In this document: positions 12,885 through 26,746 of the stretch, piece after piece | How positions within the stretch are numbered: position 1 is the stretch's first letter | How the letters are laid out: every line of letters starts with the position of its first letter | DNA from: Octopus vulgaris | Taxonomy: Eukaryota | Length of the DNA stretch: 64,000 nucleotides | Assembly: GCA_951406725.2 (NCBI GenBank) | Contig: OX597823.1 | Location: forward strand, 40,486,001 to 40,550,000 | Reading direction: 5' to 3' | Program-made: the position numbers and the translations under genes | The notes under the pieces: generated by a model | The model's database searches: none | Told to the model about the DNA's origin: nothing | The model's input: only the letters and a program-made list of their open reading frames with translations

Positions 12885-13690
12885 CGTGGTTATTACTACC
12901 TAGTAGAAGTTGACAGTTTTACAAAATGGACGGAAATTGTTAAGTGCAAAAGATTAATTTCTGAAACGGTAATAAATTATTTGCACAAATTATTCACAAA
13001 ATTAGGCATCCTAGACGTGATTGAGCCTGATAATGGAACACTATTTGTGTCCAGTGAATTTAGAAGATTCTACGAAATGTTCACGGTAGAACATAAAACG
13101 ATAGCGTCTTATCATCCCAGATCCAATGGACAGACAGAGCGTTTTGTGGACATTTTAAAAAGAGCTTTGAGAAAAGCAAGCAAGGAAGTTAAAGACGAAG
13201 TCGCTCAGCAGCAATTCCTAGGGGTATACAATGTGACGCCGAACCCCAATACACAAGCAGGAAGCTCACCAGCAGAACAGATGTTCGGTAGTAAGGTGAA
13301 ATCAGTTTCTGATAAGCTGTTACCTGGCTATGTAAGAAAAAGTCCCAGGGGAGACAATCCAATATTTTTCAAAATTAGTGATAAGGTGTACTTGAGGTCG
13401 TATTAAAACGGAAAACAGTACTGGGAAGAAGGCAAAATTACAAAGTACATAGGAAAAATGATGTCCGGAATTAAAAACAGAAAAGGTATTGAAAACAAGA
13501 GACATAAACCAATTGAAGTAGAGATTTATAGAAAATGATCCAGAAAGACATTAAGAACATATCAAATGGCAGTATAACACATTCCAGGTACCAACACCGT
13601 TACAGGTGGTTGAACCCACGCGTACAAGTGGAAGAAAAAAGAACACAGAGTTCCTACAAATAGACACCATAAAGAAAAAATATTAAGTTG
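12885..13690 (+). pseudogene. Ty3/Gypsy LTR-retrotransposon integrase, 5'-truncated and degenerate
   Basis: YLVEVDSFTKW...DNGTLFVSSEF...YHPRSNGQTERFV (D,D35E core) followed by YNVTPN..GSSPAEQMFG and FKISDKVY; stops downstream. Confidence 0.92.
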
Positions 13691-13764
13691 GGGAAAAGCG
13701 TTAAAAAAGGAGGGTAAAGAAATTGAAAAATAAAATTACTTGCTTCCCAAAGAAGAAAAATATA

Positions 13765-14086
13765 TAAGGGGAGATGTAGTGAAAATGGTACTCCCTTTCC
13801 TACGTGACAAAGTGGTGCGATCCAGCCACTTTAAAATCAGACAGTCAGTCGTTGTAGGAGGTTAGAAGTAGAGGAGTTGTTCGAGTTCTCAGTTGGAGTC
13901 AGTGTCAATTATGTGATATATACGAGTTCGAGTTACTGTCGAAAGAGACGTTTAAACGTCATTGTCTTGTGGTGCCGTCAGCGATTGCACGATAGACGAG
14001 ATAATAAGACGCGGAATAATAGTGGCGACAAGAATATTACAGTGCCGACAATAACATACAAATAGACGAGGGTCCACATTATAGCA
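13765..14086 (+). mobile_element. Polypurine tract and probable 3' LTR of the Gypsy element
   Basis: aaggggaga immediately followed by TGTAG at 13775, downstream of integrase; right end uncertain, no partner LTR in window. Confidence 0.6.
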
Positions 14087-14248
14087 GTTATTTATTTCCT
14101 GTTATTTCTTTTCATGCTTTAGGCTAACCAACTGTTTATACCACGACCATATTGGCTCTCACTACTTTACCATATATAAGTATCTCTCTGTATGTCTATC
14201 TGTTGTCTGTCTGTCTACCTCTCTCTTCCTATATGTATGTATGCGCGT

Positions 14249-14299
<51 letters not shown>

Positions 14300-14499
14300 T
14301 GCGTGTGTGTTTGCGTGAATAAGTATAAGATAAAAGCAGAGATAGCAAATAACGATGATAGGAAATTGAATCAAAAAGACTGAAAATTGGGGAAAATCTC
14401 AGAAGAAACAATAGAATAATAGAATTAAAACAGAACAGGAATAGAATAAAATTAGGTTCTTTAATGAGAAAAATAAAAAAATAAGATGACTGAATGAAA

Positions 14500-14675
14500 A
14501 GAGCGTGGGAAGTATTTTCACGGTAACTCGATCTGCTAGAGACAGAAAACAAATTCTTCTTAAATCACGTCATGAAATCACATTGAAGATTTGAATATTT
14601 AAACAAAAAGAGCACTCGAATGTTTTTGTTGTAGGTTTTGTCCACGACAGATGAACTAGGGTTAAACAGCAATGA
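14500..14675 (+). mobile_element. Degenerate dispersed repeat family E (gagatttggctgctatttctagcagg motif on opposite strand)
   Basis: Same motif recurs near 9080, 46620, 48160, 51440, 52460, 52660, 52835, 55460 and 62915. Confidence 0.55.
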
Positions 14676-15045
14676 TCCTTTCTACTAAAAGCAGAAGACC
14701 AGTCGATCATATGGACCCCGGTGTTTCACTGGTACTTAATTTCTCGACACCGAAGGAATAAAAGGCAAAGTTGACCTCAGTGGAATTTGAATTCAGAACG
14801 AAATTCCGGCTTGCTAACGATTCTGCCAACAATGATAATAACACTCCATTCCACTACAGGCAAAAGTCCTGAAATTTTGGATGGAGCTAGACGACTACAT
14901 CAATCCCTTTGTTCAGTTAGTACTTGTTTTATCGACACCTAAATGATGAAAGACAAAGGTGACTTCAGCGGGATTTGAACTGAGAACATAAACTGGAAGA
15001 TGTGCCGCGAAGCATTTTGTCGGGAGGGTTAACGATTCTGAGACA
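14676..15045 (-). mobile_element. Two SINE family B fragments
   Basis: aaaggcaaagttgacctcagtggaatttgaattcagaacg and a second similar copy at 14900-15040. Confidence 0.75.
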
Positions 15046-15771
15046 GATTTAAATGACTGAGTTGGTTGTGAAGAATTTAAAGGATCTAAGGTGGGGAAAT
15101 TAAATAAAAAGAAAACAATAACGAAGCGGTGATAGATGGTGAGAAAGAATAGTAGAAATACGAAAACACCGTAATAGATGAGGGGAGAAGCTGGAGAAAG
15201 AGACAGAGAGGAAGAAAGCAAATGTACGAGTATATTGTGGTGAATAACTCTGGGGAATACGGAATAGAAAGAAAGAGAAAAGTGAATGGAAAAAAAAAGA
15301 TAAGTGATTAAGAAAGAACGGTGAAAATGAATACAAATGAAAGAAGGAAGAATGAAAATTGACAATATGATGAAAGAATGGAAGAAAGCAGACGATGTGA
15401 CGAAAGATGGAGCGGAGTAACATATAAACGAAGGTGAGACTGATATAGATAATTGAGAGAGGCAAGATATTGTGATTAGGAAAGGAAAGAGACGGAGAAA
15501 AAAAACAAAAGAGCAAGAAAATAAGTAAAAGAAGAAACGAAGAAAGAAGAGAAAATAGAAGGAAGAAGTAATGTAAGGGAGAGAGAAGAAGATAAAAACA
15601 ATAGGGAGGAATATTAGGTAAGAAAACCGATGGAAAGAAGCATGCTACATATGGGTGTGTGAGCACATGTACACGCACACATGTAAATTGTGTGTTTATG
15701 TGTGTGTGTGTGTGCATGCGTGAATATTTGTGCTTGGATATGTATATATATATATATATGTGTGTGTGCTT

Positions 15772-15802
<31 letters not shown>

Positions 15803-16013
15803 CTTATGTGCGTTTGTGTGTGTGTGTGTGTGTGAAAATTATTAGTTACACTAGTGCATGAAAGACATTCACTTGACAAACAGCAGAGGCCCGAAAAAAA
15901 ATCAGTTCTCAATTCACCTTTATAACAATCTCTGGTAATAGAATACTATATAAGTATATCTTATGTAAGTACGGAGTCATCCTTCACCGTATATACATGC
16001 ATACGGTGAAGTA

Positions 16014-16104
<91 letters not shown>

Positions 16105-16156
16105 ATATATATATATACAATGAAGGATGACACACACACATACATATATATATACA

Positions 16157-16205
<49 letters not shown>

Positions 16206-16841
16206 TTTATATATGTAAATCACCTGGCACACAAATACACATAATCTTAATGAAGATTGCGTATATTTGTGGTAATAGTACAAGCTTTGCCAACACTGCG
16301 GTTAAAACCTCTACTGAAATAATAAGTGCATATTACCTAAACTCGAACATAAATAATGTGTGTGTATGTGTGTGTGTGTGTATGAGTGTGTGTGTGTGTG
16401 TGTGTGTATGATTGAGGTTCACGTGTGTGCAATTTCCGTATGCGCGCGCGTGTGTCAGTGAATGTATTCATACACACACTTACATATGCATTAATTTGCA
16501 TATATATTAACATTTGCACATTTATATATGATTTTAGACCACTATGTATGTGCTAGTGTATACGCGTGAATGTATGCATACTTATAAGTGCTTATAGGTA
16601 TGTATATATGTATAACTTACGTGTGTGCATATAGACGCATACACATATATACACACGAATTCACATACATGTATTCATACGTTAGTCTGTGTGCATATGT
16701 GAGTGCAAATATATAAGCATGCTTATGCGGATGCTTATATATATGCGAATCCGCATACAGGTGCATATATGTACCCATGCACGTACGGATGCATACATTG
16801 ACGCAGACATGAGTGGATGTATAAATCTACGCATGCATGCT

Positions 16842-16969
<128 letters not shown>

Positions 16970-16975
16970 AATATG

Positions 16976-17029
<54 letters not shown>

Positions 17030-17129
17030 CATACATATATATATTTGTACGTATGTATATATCAGTTGCTTTCTGAAGCCTTGAACCTCGTGTCAGATCC
17101 CAACATGGCATCGGAAGGCGAACAAATAT

Positions 17130-17605
17130 TGGTGTGCATTGTGCGTGTGTGCTGACGGTGCTCTTTATGCAAGAGAGACACGGACCCTTTATAGGCATGA
17201 TATAAGGGCCCTCGAACGCTTTCATCAGAAACATATGAGGCACATTCTGATTGGTAGCTGGACTCCAGGCACAGAGGTCATGAGGTGAGCTGTGCTGGTG
17301 AATGTGCACAAGCACTGTTTACGTTGGATTGGATGTCTTGTATAGATGAATGATTAGAGAATCCCTAGGCGGATAATATATAGCGAACTTGTTTCTGGAA
17401 AGCGCCCCCACCCCAGCTAAAACCAAGGCTACTGTTTAAGGATTATGTGAAGTCCTTTTTGAAGGTATATGAATTATGGGAAGTGAGTTCGTAAAGCTAT
17501 GTCTGTGATCACCACCAACTAAGGAAACAATTGAAAGGATTGGGTATTTTTGAAGAAACATGCATTTTTCATGCAGAATTTAAACGAGCTGCTTGAAAAT
17601 GTGCT
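17130..17605 (+). mobile_element. RTE-clade LINE, degenerate C-terminal fragment
   Basis: LRWIGCLV*MND*RIPRRIIYSELVSGKRP..PRLLFKDYVKS resembles the RTE/BovB LRWxGHxxRMxDxRLP..LYGEL..GKR..PRLRFKD motif. Confidence 0.75.
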
Positions 17606-17616
17606 ACCAGTATAGT

Positions 17617-18003
17617 GGATGGAAGCACTCCGTCGGTTACGACGATGAGGGTTCCGGTTGATCCGACCAACGGAACAGCCTGCTCGTGAAATTAACGTGT
17701 AAGTGGCTGAGCACTCCACAGACACGTGTACCCTTAACGTAGTTCTCGGGGATATTCAGCGTGACACAGAGAGTGACAAGGCCGGCCCTTTGAAATACAG
17801 GTACAACAGAAGCAGGAAGAAAGAGTGAGAGAAAGTTGTGGTGAAAGAGTACAGCAGGGATCACCACCATCCCCTGCGGAGCCTCGTGGAGCTTTAGGTG
17901 TTTTCGCTCAATAAACACTCACAACGCCCGGTCTGGGAATCGAAACCGCGATCCTACGACCGCGAGTCCGCTGCCCTAACCACTGGGCCATTGCGCCTCC
18001 TCA
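17617..18003 (-). mobile_element. tRNA-derived SINE family C, full length with 11-bp TSD
   Basis: Head ggaggcgcaatggcccagtggttagggcagcggactcg..ggtttcgattccc (A/B boxes); TSD accagtatagt at 17606-17616 and 18004-18014. Confidence 0.92.
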
Positions 18004-18023
18004 ACCAGTATAGTATATGCTTC

Positions 18024-18097
<74 letters not shown>

Positions 18098-18311
18098 GGA
18101 TAAGATTTTTAAAAAAATGTTATCAGTGGCTTGCATATAAAAAGTAGTTCGATTAAGATGAAATCATATGTATAATTATAATTAAGATTTTTAGCCTATA
18201 TGCTGAAAGTGGACGCTAAATCGTTTCACGACTTTAAAAGTCACAAGATTACACACGTGTTGAAATCGAGGGTGCAAGCCAACGGCAATTAATAACAAAA
18301 TAGCCCAGGAT

Positions 18312-18503
18312 TGGCTAATTTCTGGATTTGCCCAATGGCTTTTCCTCATAAGCAGAAAATACATGCAGGAAATAAATAAGATATTCATACATACCCACAG
18401 GAAATCAAGCACGAAGCCATAAATACATATAAATATATTTAAAGTGGTGAGACGATTTAGCGTCTATTTTCAGCATATAGTCTAGAAAATCTTTTCTGTA
18501 CCC

Positions 18504-18540
<37 letters not shown>

Positions 18541-18564
18541 TATATATATACATATGCATACATG

Positions 18565-18663
<99 letters not shown>

Positions 18664-18667
18664 ATGC

Positions 18668-18714
<47 letters not shown>

Positions 18715-18913
18715 TAATTAAGGGTACAGAAAAGATTTTCTAGACTATATGCTGAAAATAGACGCTAAATCGTCTCACAACTTTAAATATATTTATATGT
18801 ATTTATGGCTTCGTGCATGATTTCCTGTGGGTATGTATGAATATCTTATTTATTTCCTGCATGTATTTTCTGCTTATGAGGAAAAGCCATTGGGCAAATC
18901 CAGAAATTAGCCA
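18312..18913. repeat. ~600-bp palindrome with ~199-bp unique arms and mirrored microsatellite spacer
   Basis: 18312-18510 is the reverse complement of 18715-18913 with two visible mismatches. Confidence 0.95.
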
Positions 18914-19049
18914 TATAGTTATATATATATATATATATAACTATATGGGGATATATATAAATGCATATATATATATATATGTATATAATACAAATAATAT
19001 ATATATGCATATATATATGTATGTATATATCTACAGCTATCCTATTACT

Positions 19050-19419
19050 CTTTCACTCTCTCTCCGTTACCCCTCCTCCCTTACTCATCTGGCTCCCACG
19101 TGACCATCGGTCATCTTTCTTTCTTCTCCTAACTTGAGTTTCTTTCTCTCTGTTGTTCTTGTCTGTCTCCTGTCCAAGCTTGATTTACGCCTTCGCCACC
19201 ACAACCTCGTTCAGGCATAGCAGCCCTTTCTGTTTGTTTTCACTGTCCTGTTTGTGTTACCAATTTTTACCCTCTGCAAAATCCCAAATTTTATTTAATT
19301 TGCTTTCCGGGTGCAGCTGTTATATCGAAAGCGTATATTGTTAAATGCTCGAAGTACGAGAGTAGAAAAACAGCCAACAACTGATGAAGGGTCGTTCTTT
19401 ATGTTGTTTGTCTTGTGAC

Positions 19420-19420
<1 letters not shown>
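19050..19420 (+). mobile_element. Unclassified dispersed repeat, related to 22030-22600 and 22755-23170
   Basis: Shared cacgtgaccatc, aaatcccaaattttattt, aatgctcgaa, acaactga(t/c)gaagggtcgttcttta. Confidence 0.65.
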
Positions 19421-19478
<58 letters not shown>

Positions 19479-19553
19479 GTATAGATGTAATTATGTACAT
19501 ATATGTATGTATATGCATATATATATGTATATGTATATGTATATGTATATCTA

Positions 19554-19613
<60 letters not shown>

Positions 19614-19614
19614 G

Positions 19615-19692
<78 letters not shown>

Positions 19693-19755
19693 TCTTACCT
19701 GAACTTCTTCTCCTAACCGAAACACACCAAGCTCTCCATCCCTAGTCTGAATACC

Positions 19756-19988
19756 TATTTCTTTACTACCCACAAGGGGCCAAACACAGAGAGGACAAAC
19801 AAGGAGAGAAAAACGGATTAAGTCGATTATATCGACCCCAGTGCGTAACTGGTACTTAATTAATCGACCCCGAAAGGATGAAAGGCAAAGTCGACCTCGG
19901 CGGAATTTGAACTCAGAACGTAACGGCGGACGAAATACCGCTAGGCATTTCGCCCGGCGTGCTAACGTCTCTGCCAGCTCGCCGCCTT
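19756..19988 (-). mobile_element. SINE family B (tRNA head plus Meta-domain-like core), full length, inserted in the Penelope element
   Basis: aaggcggcgagctggcaga..gagttcaaattcc..gtcgactttgcctttcatcctttcggggtcgattaattaagtaccag; flanked by gtct(g/c)aatacc; Meta-domain resemblance is from recall. Confidence 0.88.
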
Positions 19989-21403
19989 GTCTCAATACCT
20001 TCGTCTCAATACCTTCGTCTGTGCAGGCTCTCCAGTGACAACCATAAATTTCAAACTCAGTCTCAACTCATGGCTTGCCACTTCATTCTACGTGGATATC
20101 CCTTCACCAATATCCACACCGCCCTTGCCAAAGCACTTCCGTGGACCGTGCATCTGCTCTGCTCCGCACCCACTCCGTCGTCACCCGTCTTCCGTTTCCC
20201 CTCACCTACCACCCCTCCACCCTACATTTCCAACGCACCATTCTCCGAGCCTTCCGGCGACTCCAGTCCGACCCCTCCACTTCGCACATCTTTCCTAACC
20301 GACCCCTCTTCTCCTTCACACAAGCCCACAACCTATGTAACCTCCTGGTCCACAGTTTCTTCCCCAACCCAATCTCCCAACCCGGCTCGTTCCCTTGCTC
20401 CCGCCCACACTGCCGCAGTTGCCCTTATCTCTTCAACACCACCATTCTCACTGGCATCCATCATCGACTCTATCATATCACTGACTCCTTCTCCTGCACT
20501 TCTAGATACGTCATCTGTTGCATCTCCTGCTTTCTCTGTCGTTCTATGTACATCGGTTAAACGGGACGCTGCTTTGCTGACCGGTTTGCGGAACACCTTC
20601 GAGACACCAGGCTCGGCAACAACACCCCTGTCTGGTGCCATTTCCGCTCTACTGTTCATTGTTTACAACTCTTGTATGTGTTCGGATTGTCCTTGCACAG
20701 GGGTCATCCAGACTCCCGTCTTCGCCGTGAACAGGAATTAATCTTTTCTCTTCGCCATATGGGCTCAACTCTCCTCCCCTCTCCTCTCCTCTCATCCTCT
20801 CACACCTATTTCCTCCCTTTACTCCAACCCACTTCTCCTATCCTCCCTTGCTCTGACACCTACTTACTCTCTTTCCTCCTACCCAACCTCTTCCTTCATC
20901 GTCACTCTCCATCGTTACCTCACTCCTATACATTCCTACGCCACCATGCCTATACATCCCACCCTCCCCATCCCACACATTCCACTCCCATATACTCAAC
21001 CCCACCCTCACACCTCACTCCCAAACACTCCACCCTACTCCACCCTCACCCTAACCCGCACCCCACCCTTGCTTCTCTCCACCCTCGCATCACCCACACC
21101 CCAACACGACCATACCACACTACTCCACATCACTGCACCTCTCACACACTAGCACTAACCACTTCCCAGCACCCACACCATCACCCACACACCTACATAT
21201 GCACACACGCACACGTCAAGGTCACCAGCCCCTATCTACATGCACATACATGCTCTCACATACACACGCACGAGCACCTTCGTTTTGGGTTCACCACTAC
21301 GTTTTTTATCTCCCCTTCTTCCTAGGTTTCCTCTGTCCGGCATTCCCCATGATCGCTAGCCAATAAACCTTTTTATTTTCTCTCTCTGCACATTTCTGTG
21401 TTC

Positions 21404-21440
21404 CTTTCTGTTGAAGAGCGTGGGCTCGAAACATAAAAGA
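21404..21440 (+). ncRNA. Minimal hammerhead-like motif with A6U core variant
   Basis: cttt-CTGTTGA-a-gagc gtgg gctc-GAAA-ca-TA-aaag; stems I and II perfect; sits in the Penelope 3' end. Confidence 0.6.
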
Positions 21441-21519
21441 CTTTCAAACTTCCCGAGCGTTAAACTAATACATCTATTTGTAATTTCCACACCCGTCTTC
21501 TTTTTGTTTTGTAAATTCC

Positions 21520-21588
<69 letters not shown>

Positions 21589-21630
21589 TGTACATGTATA
21601 TCTATATCTATATCTATATGTATATATGTA

Positions 21631-21691
<61 letters not shown>

Positions 21692-21907
21692 CAAAGTGGA
21701 GTTGTGGGGTACCGCACTAGTGGAATTATATACGAAAGAAGGTTTGAAAATGCAATTTAAAAGATGTTTATTTACTTTATCGGTTTCACTCTTTGGAAAA
21801 AGATTGTCAAAAGTAACACGTAGAAGTTTGGTTGCGTTAATTATTGGTTGTTGCAAATTGCTACATTACATAAATACAGTCTTTGCCAACAGGGACATGT
21901 TAAAGAC

Positions 21908-21964
<57 letters not shown>

Positions 21965-22029
21965 TATATGTATACACATATGCATATATATATATATATA
22001 TATATAGTTGGAATTTACAAAACATGCAT

Positions 22030-22703
22030 ATATGGGTACAGTACGTCACACAACAGTAAACAACTTGAAATACGAAAGTTAATGAGTTCAATACGCAAAC
22101 AACTAGAGAAACAAATGGAAAACAGGACAAGTAACGTAAAGAACGACCCTTTGTCAGTTGTCGGCTGTCTATCTGTTCCCCATTTCGTGCATTGAATGTC
22201 AAGGTAAGTCTTCGAAGACAGTTGCTCCCATAAGTACCAAAACATAATTTGGGATTTATGGAGGATCAAAGTTTGGAACAAAAACAGACAGTGAAGACAT
22301 ACAAGGAAACCGAACGAAAACAAACATGGAGGGTTAGACCAGAACAAGGGTAAAATAATGAACGCTGAAGAAATATTTTCTTTGACAAAAGAGATGATAA
22401 AAGTGAGCGATGGGATACGCTTAGTCCTTAAGATAGTCCTGAAAGAAAAGAAAGACGATCATGTGAGGAAGAGAAAGATGGAGGATGGTCACGTGTGAGC
22501 AACGAAAGAGAGAAACAGAGAAAGAGGGAGAGAGAGAGAGACAGCTAGAAAATGGTGAAGTTGGGGAAAAAGGGAATTAGAGAAAGGATGAGAGAGAAAA
22601 CAGTATAGTGTAGAGTCGCATCAAACGGATAAAGATAAACTTAACTTCGAAATGGATGCGTGGCGTTCAATCAAATATTAATATAATTAATATGTGTAAA
22701 TAA

Positions 22704-22747
<44 letters not shown>

Positions 22748-23170
22748 GTGCATATATGGGTACAGGACTTCGCCAACAGTAAACAACATGGAATACGAAG
22801 GCAATTGGGTTCAATGCGCAAACAACGAGAGAAACAAAAGGAAAACAGGACAAGTAACGTAAAGAACGACACTTCATCTGTTGTCGACTGTCTATCTGCT
22901 TCCCATTTCGAGCATTGAATGACATTATAAGTCTTCGAATACAGTAGCTCCCTTAAGTACCAAAATAAGATTTGGGATTTATGGAGGGTCAAAGCTGGGA
23001 ACAAAACAAATCAGTGCAGACGTACAAGGAAACTGAACGAAAACAAAACGGGTCGTTAGACCAGAACAAGGGTAAAACAGTGAACGCTGAAGAAATATTT
23101 TCTTTGACGAGAGAAAAGATAGAAGAGAGAGAGAGAGAGAAGATACGAGCTGAATTTAAGATAGTCGAGA
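22030..23170 (-). mobile_element. Two tandem diverged copies (22030-22600, 22755-23170) of the unclassified repeat
   Basis: Colinear similarity over ~370 bp, also visible as paralogous junk ORFs (LHKSQI.FWYL). Confidence 0.85.
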
Positions 23171-23921
23171 GTCCTGATATATATATGTAAAAAAATACAA
23201 ACTGGGACAAGAACGCAAAACATTTAGAAGACGATACAAAAACCACGGACGGGACATTCGAAGTCTTCAATCTTCAGTCAAGAACCGGATCATCCTCGCA
23301 ATTTCGGCTGATTAATCTTGAGATCGCTCCGATCCGGCCAGCCCCAAGGAAAAACTAAGCTACGAGCATTAGATTTCTTGGAAAAACGATCGAATGTATA
23401 CGAAACAGGGACATAAAAACGGACGATGCCACACGAATATAAATACAAAAGGCAATAATAGTAATAACAGGACAAAAACAGCGGGTGTCTTACGACTATA
23501 GACAGTACAACTTAGTTTAGCTGGTGTATTTGGAAAAAAATGCCTTTTTCGGCAGACGAAGAAAACGATGTTTTCATGGCGGTGGTCGGAAGCCGAAAGG
23601 CTGGTTGACCAGCGGTCACGTGAGAGGGGAAGAGAGAGAAAAAAAGTGTGTCTATGTATGTATATATACATAGACATACATATATACATACATAAAGCAG
23701 CCGATGGCTCCCCGTCATTCAACAGAAAGTATTCTGATGTTCAAGAAACCAAAGTCCCTGCTTCCACATTAACGCGTAAAACGCTGAGTATTCCACAGAC
23801 GTGATAATATTATCACGTTATTAACGTGATAAGATTGTAGATTTGCAGTAGAGAGTACAATCCACTCAAAGGGCTTCTGTACAACTTCAATCAACCAAGT
23901 TTTATGTGCGCACATGTGTCA

Positions 23922-23969
<48 letters not shown>

Positions 23970-23985
23970 ATATATATATATATAG

Positions 23986-24017
<32 letters not shown>

Positions 24018-25092
24018 GTTTTGCATTTGGTATATGATTCCTGAGATGAATTGTGTGTTGAATCTTATTTGGTTTATATCTGGGGCGGGTCGTTATACCA
24101 ATACTAAAAACACGCATTGGTTCTATTTCGCTTTTATTATTTTATAGCCAACTACTTAGCCGATATACTGATCTACTGCTCCATTAATATTTCGGTCAAT
24201 AAGTCAGTCAGCTAGAACTCTTCGATGAAACAGACAGACCTGAAATAAAGAGGACATGTCATTGATGAGATCGTGAATGGTGATGGAAGCATTTTAAGGG
24301 AACCTAGTGCATTCATTTATTGACTGGATGATTCATCATACAATCGATTAGATAAGAGGTTAAATAGTTAACTCGTTGATTAATGATAATGATATGTATG
24401 TGTATCGATCAAATCTCCTGCGAGTTATCATGGGATCCCTTGACGACAATGTAACCTTCGTTTGACTAAAGTATCTTTGGCCCGACAAGTAGCTATCGGA
24501 TTACCCCTCGTTTGGGTAATTACTACTTCCGTGGTTCTACTAGCTATGAAACATATGTAGCCTGGATTTTATTTAACCTATTCCCCAATTTTGGATTTTT
24601 ATTCGTATACACATCACCCCCAGTTGCAAACCCTGAATTATAAGATAACTTTTTTCAGCTTATTGAAATTTGATATGGGAAAGATTTACAATCTTCTACG
24701 TCAATAAATCACTACTGTTCCTGGAAGTTGTTTTTTTATACCTACTACGGACTGCTCGAAGCTTGCTAACTTCATACACCTTCATCCTTGGATCTTACCT
24801 TTACTATATTACTATATATAATATATACCTGCAATTAGGTATATATTAAAAGCACATAAAGTTATAAACCAGCAGTCATGCATACATATTTCGCACGTAC
24901 ATATACACACGAACAATTTCGTACATACTCATCCAATAAACCCAGAGTTAACATGAATGAAAGGTTGAATATATATATATATAAATTAAATAAATGCAAA
25001 TAAATATTATTTAAATAATCAGATTATGTGAACATGTCCTATGTCCGCGAAACTTTCAGTAATGTAGAGTTCGGTCAAACTGTTAGTGTATA

Positions 25093-25312
25093 CAAAGTGC
25101 CTTACAAAAAACATCTCCTATATTACACGATCATTAATGGGAGGTTAATGAAGTTAAGCAGATGGAAATAGGGTCTTTATGTAGCTAAAGTGCTATCGCT
25201 TATTTTTTCTTAGTTATTAGTATGGTTTGGACCGATGAACATCGCGCATTTGCTATTGAAATGTTTGTCAGTCTACAAAATAAAGGATGGAGGGTTATTT
25301 TGTCGCACCCTG
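25093..25312 (+). mobile_element. Internally deleted Tc1/mariner (rosa-like) element / MITE
   Basis: TA flanks; imperfect TIRs caaagtgccttacaaaaaacatctcc / ggagggttattttgtcgcaccctg; retains transposase start MVWTDEHRAFAIEMF. Confidence 0.65.
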
Positions 25313-25656
25313 TACATGCAAATCCAACAAAATGTCTTGAGTTCTACTTACTTTTCTCTGCTTACCTACTCGTGTGTATCTGTATATATGCATATCTATA
25401 TCTATATGTGTGTGCGCGTGCGCGTATGTGTGTATGTGTGTGCATAGTTATTATTTGCGACTGAGGAGGTAATTGCTAATTTCTTAGGTGGGTTAATTAA
25501 ACGATGCAAAATCTCATAAGCTAAAGTAGTGAGATGAAATATGTGCAATGATTAATATGTGACCATGATTTAAAATATATTATATAAAGTTAGTTATGAG
25601 TTCATATTTAGGTGTATTCTGTATTTTTCAATAAATATATTTTCTTTATTTAAACG

Positions 25657-25873
25657 TTCTTGTATAGAAATTGTTTCTTTGCACTAGGAGATGAGAAACT
25701 TGGTTGGAATATCACTTAGACGGAGTACCAGACTACGTAAGGGACAGATCCGTTTCCTAAAGTATAGGCAGATACCTTTGAGTGAACACATAAAAAGATG
25801 TGCAAAGAATCTTCAACTAAATTTCATAGTTTTCCCCAACTAGCAGCGAAAAGAAACAATTTCTGTACAAGAA
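25657..25873. repeat. MITE-like element with 24-bp inverted termini
   Basis: ttcttgtatagaaattgtttcttt versus aaagaaacaatttctgtacaagaa (1 mismatch). Confidence 0.65.
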
Positions 25874-25879
25874 ATTCTA

Positions 25880-26504
<625 letters not shown>

Positions 26505-26506
<2 letters not shown>

Positions 26507-26712
26507 ATTAATCCAAACAAGAAAGCACAAAAATACACAACAACGCAAGGACGTGGAATAAATATAGTATTATTGGACGCTCAGGAAAGAAGGAGAGTTT
26601 AACGTTTCGAGCGGAGCTTTTCGTCGGAAACATAGGAAAAGGAAAGATCCAGAGAAGGGAAGACAGAGGAAAAAAATCGCCAACGGTACAGACGCGGTCA
26701 CATTTTGAATGA
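26505..26712 (-). mobile_element. Short hammerhead-bearing element (motif 26597-26631, U4C core), same family as 50826-51010
   Basis: gttt-CCGACGA-aaagc tcc gctc-GAAA-cg-TT-aaac; (TA)n on both sides. Confidence 0.8.
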
Positions 26713-26746
26713 TATATGTGTATATATATATATATATATACATATA

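Larger units (their letters stand above)
19690..21525 (+). mobile_element. Penelope-like retroelement, 5'-truncated (RT thumb, GIY-YIG endonuclease, 3' pLTR-like end)
   Basis: SYLN..HTKLSIP/SQYLRLCRL, HFILRGYP, PLTYHP, AHNLCNLLVHS, CSRPHCRSC, FSCTSRYVICCISC..CRSMYIG*TGR..DRFAEH, RLRREQELIF; hammerhead-like motif in 3' end. Confidence 0.9.

Noticed and set aside
19381-19410. CTGATGA as a hammerhead core
   Set aside because: No GAAA or stems downstream, and related copies near 22150 and 22875 do not conserve it
19959-21325. Ser/Pro/His-rich ORFs (260 aa and 217 aa) as host genes
   Set aside because: Alternative frames and C-rich 3' region of the frameshifted Penelope element
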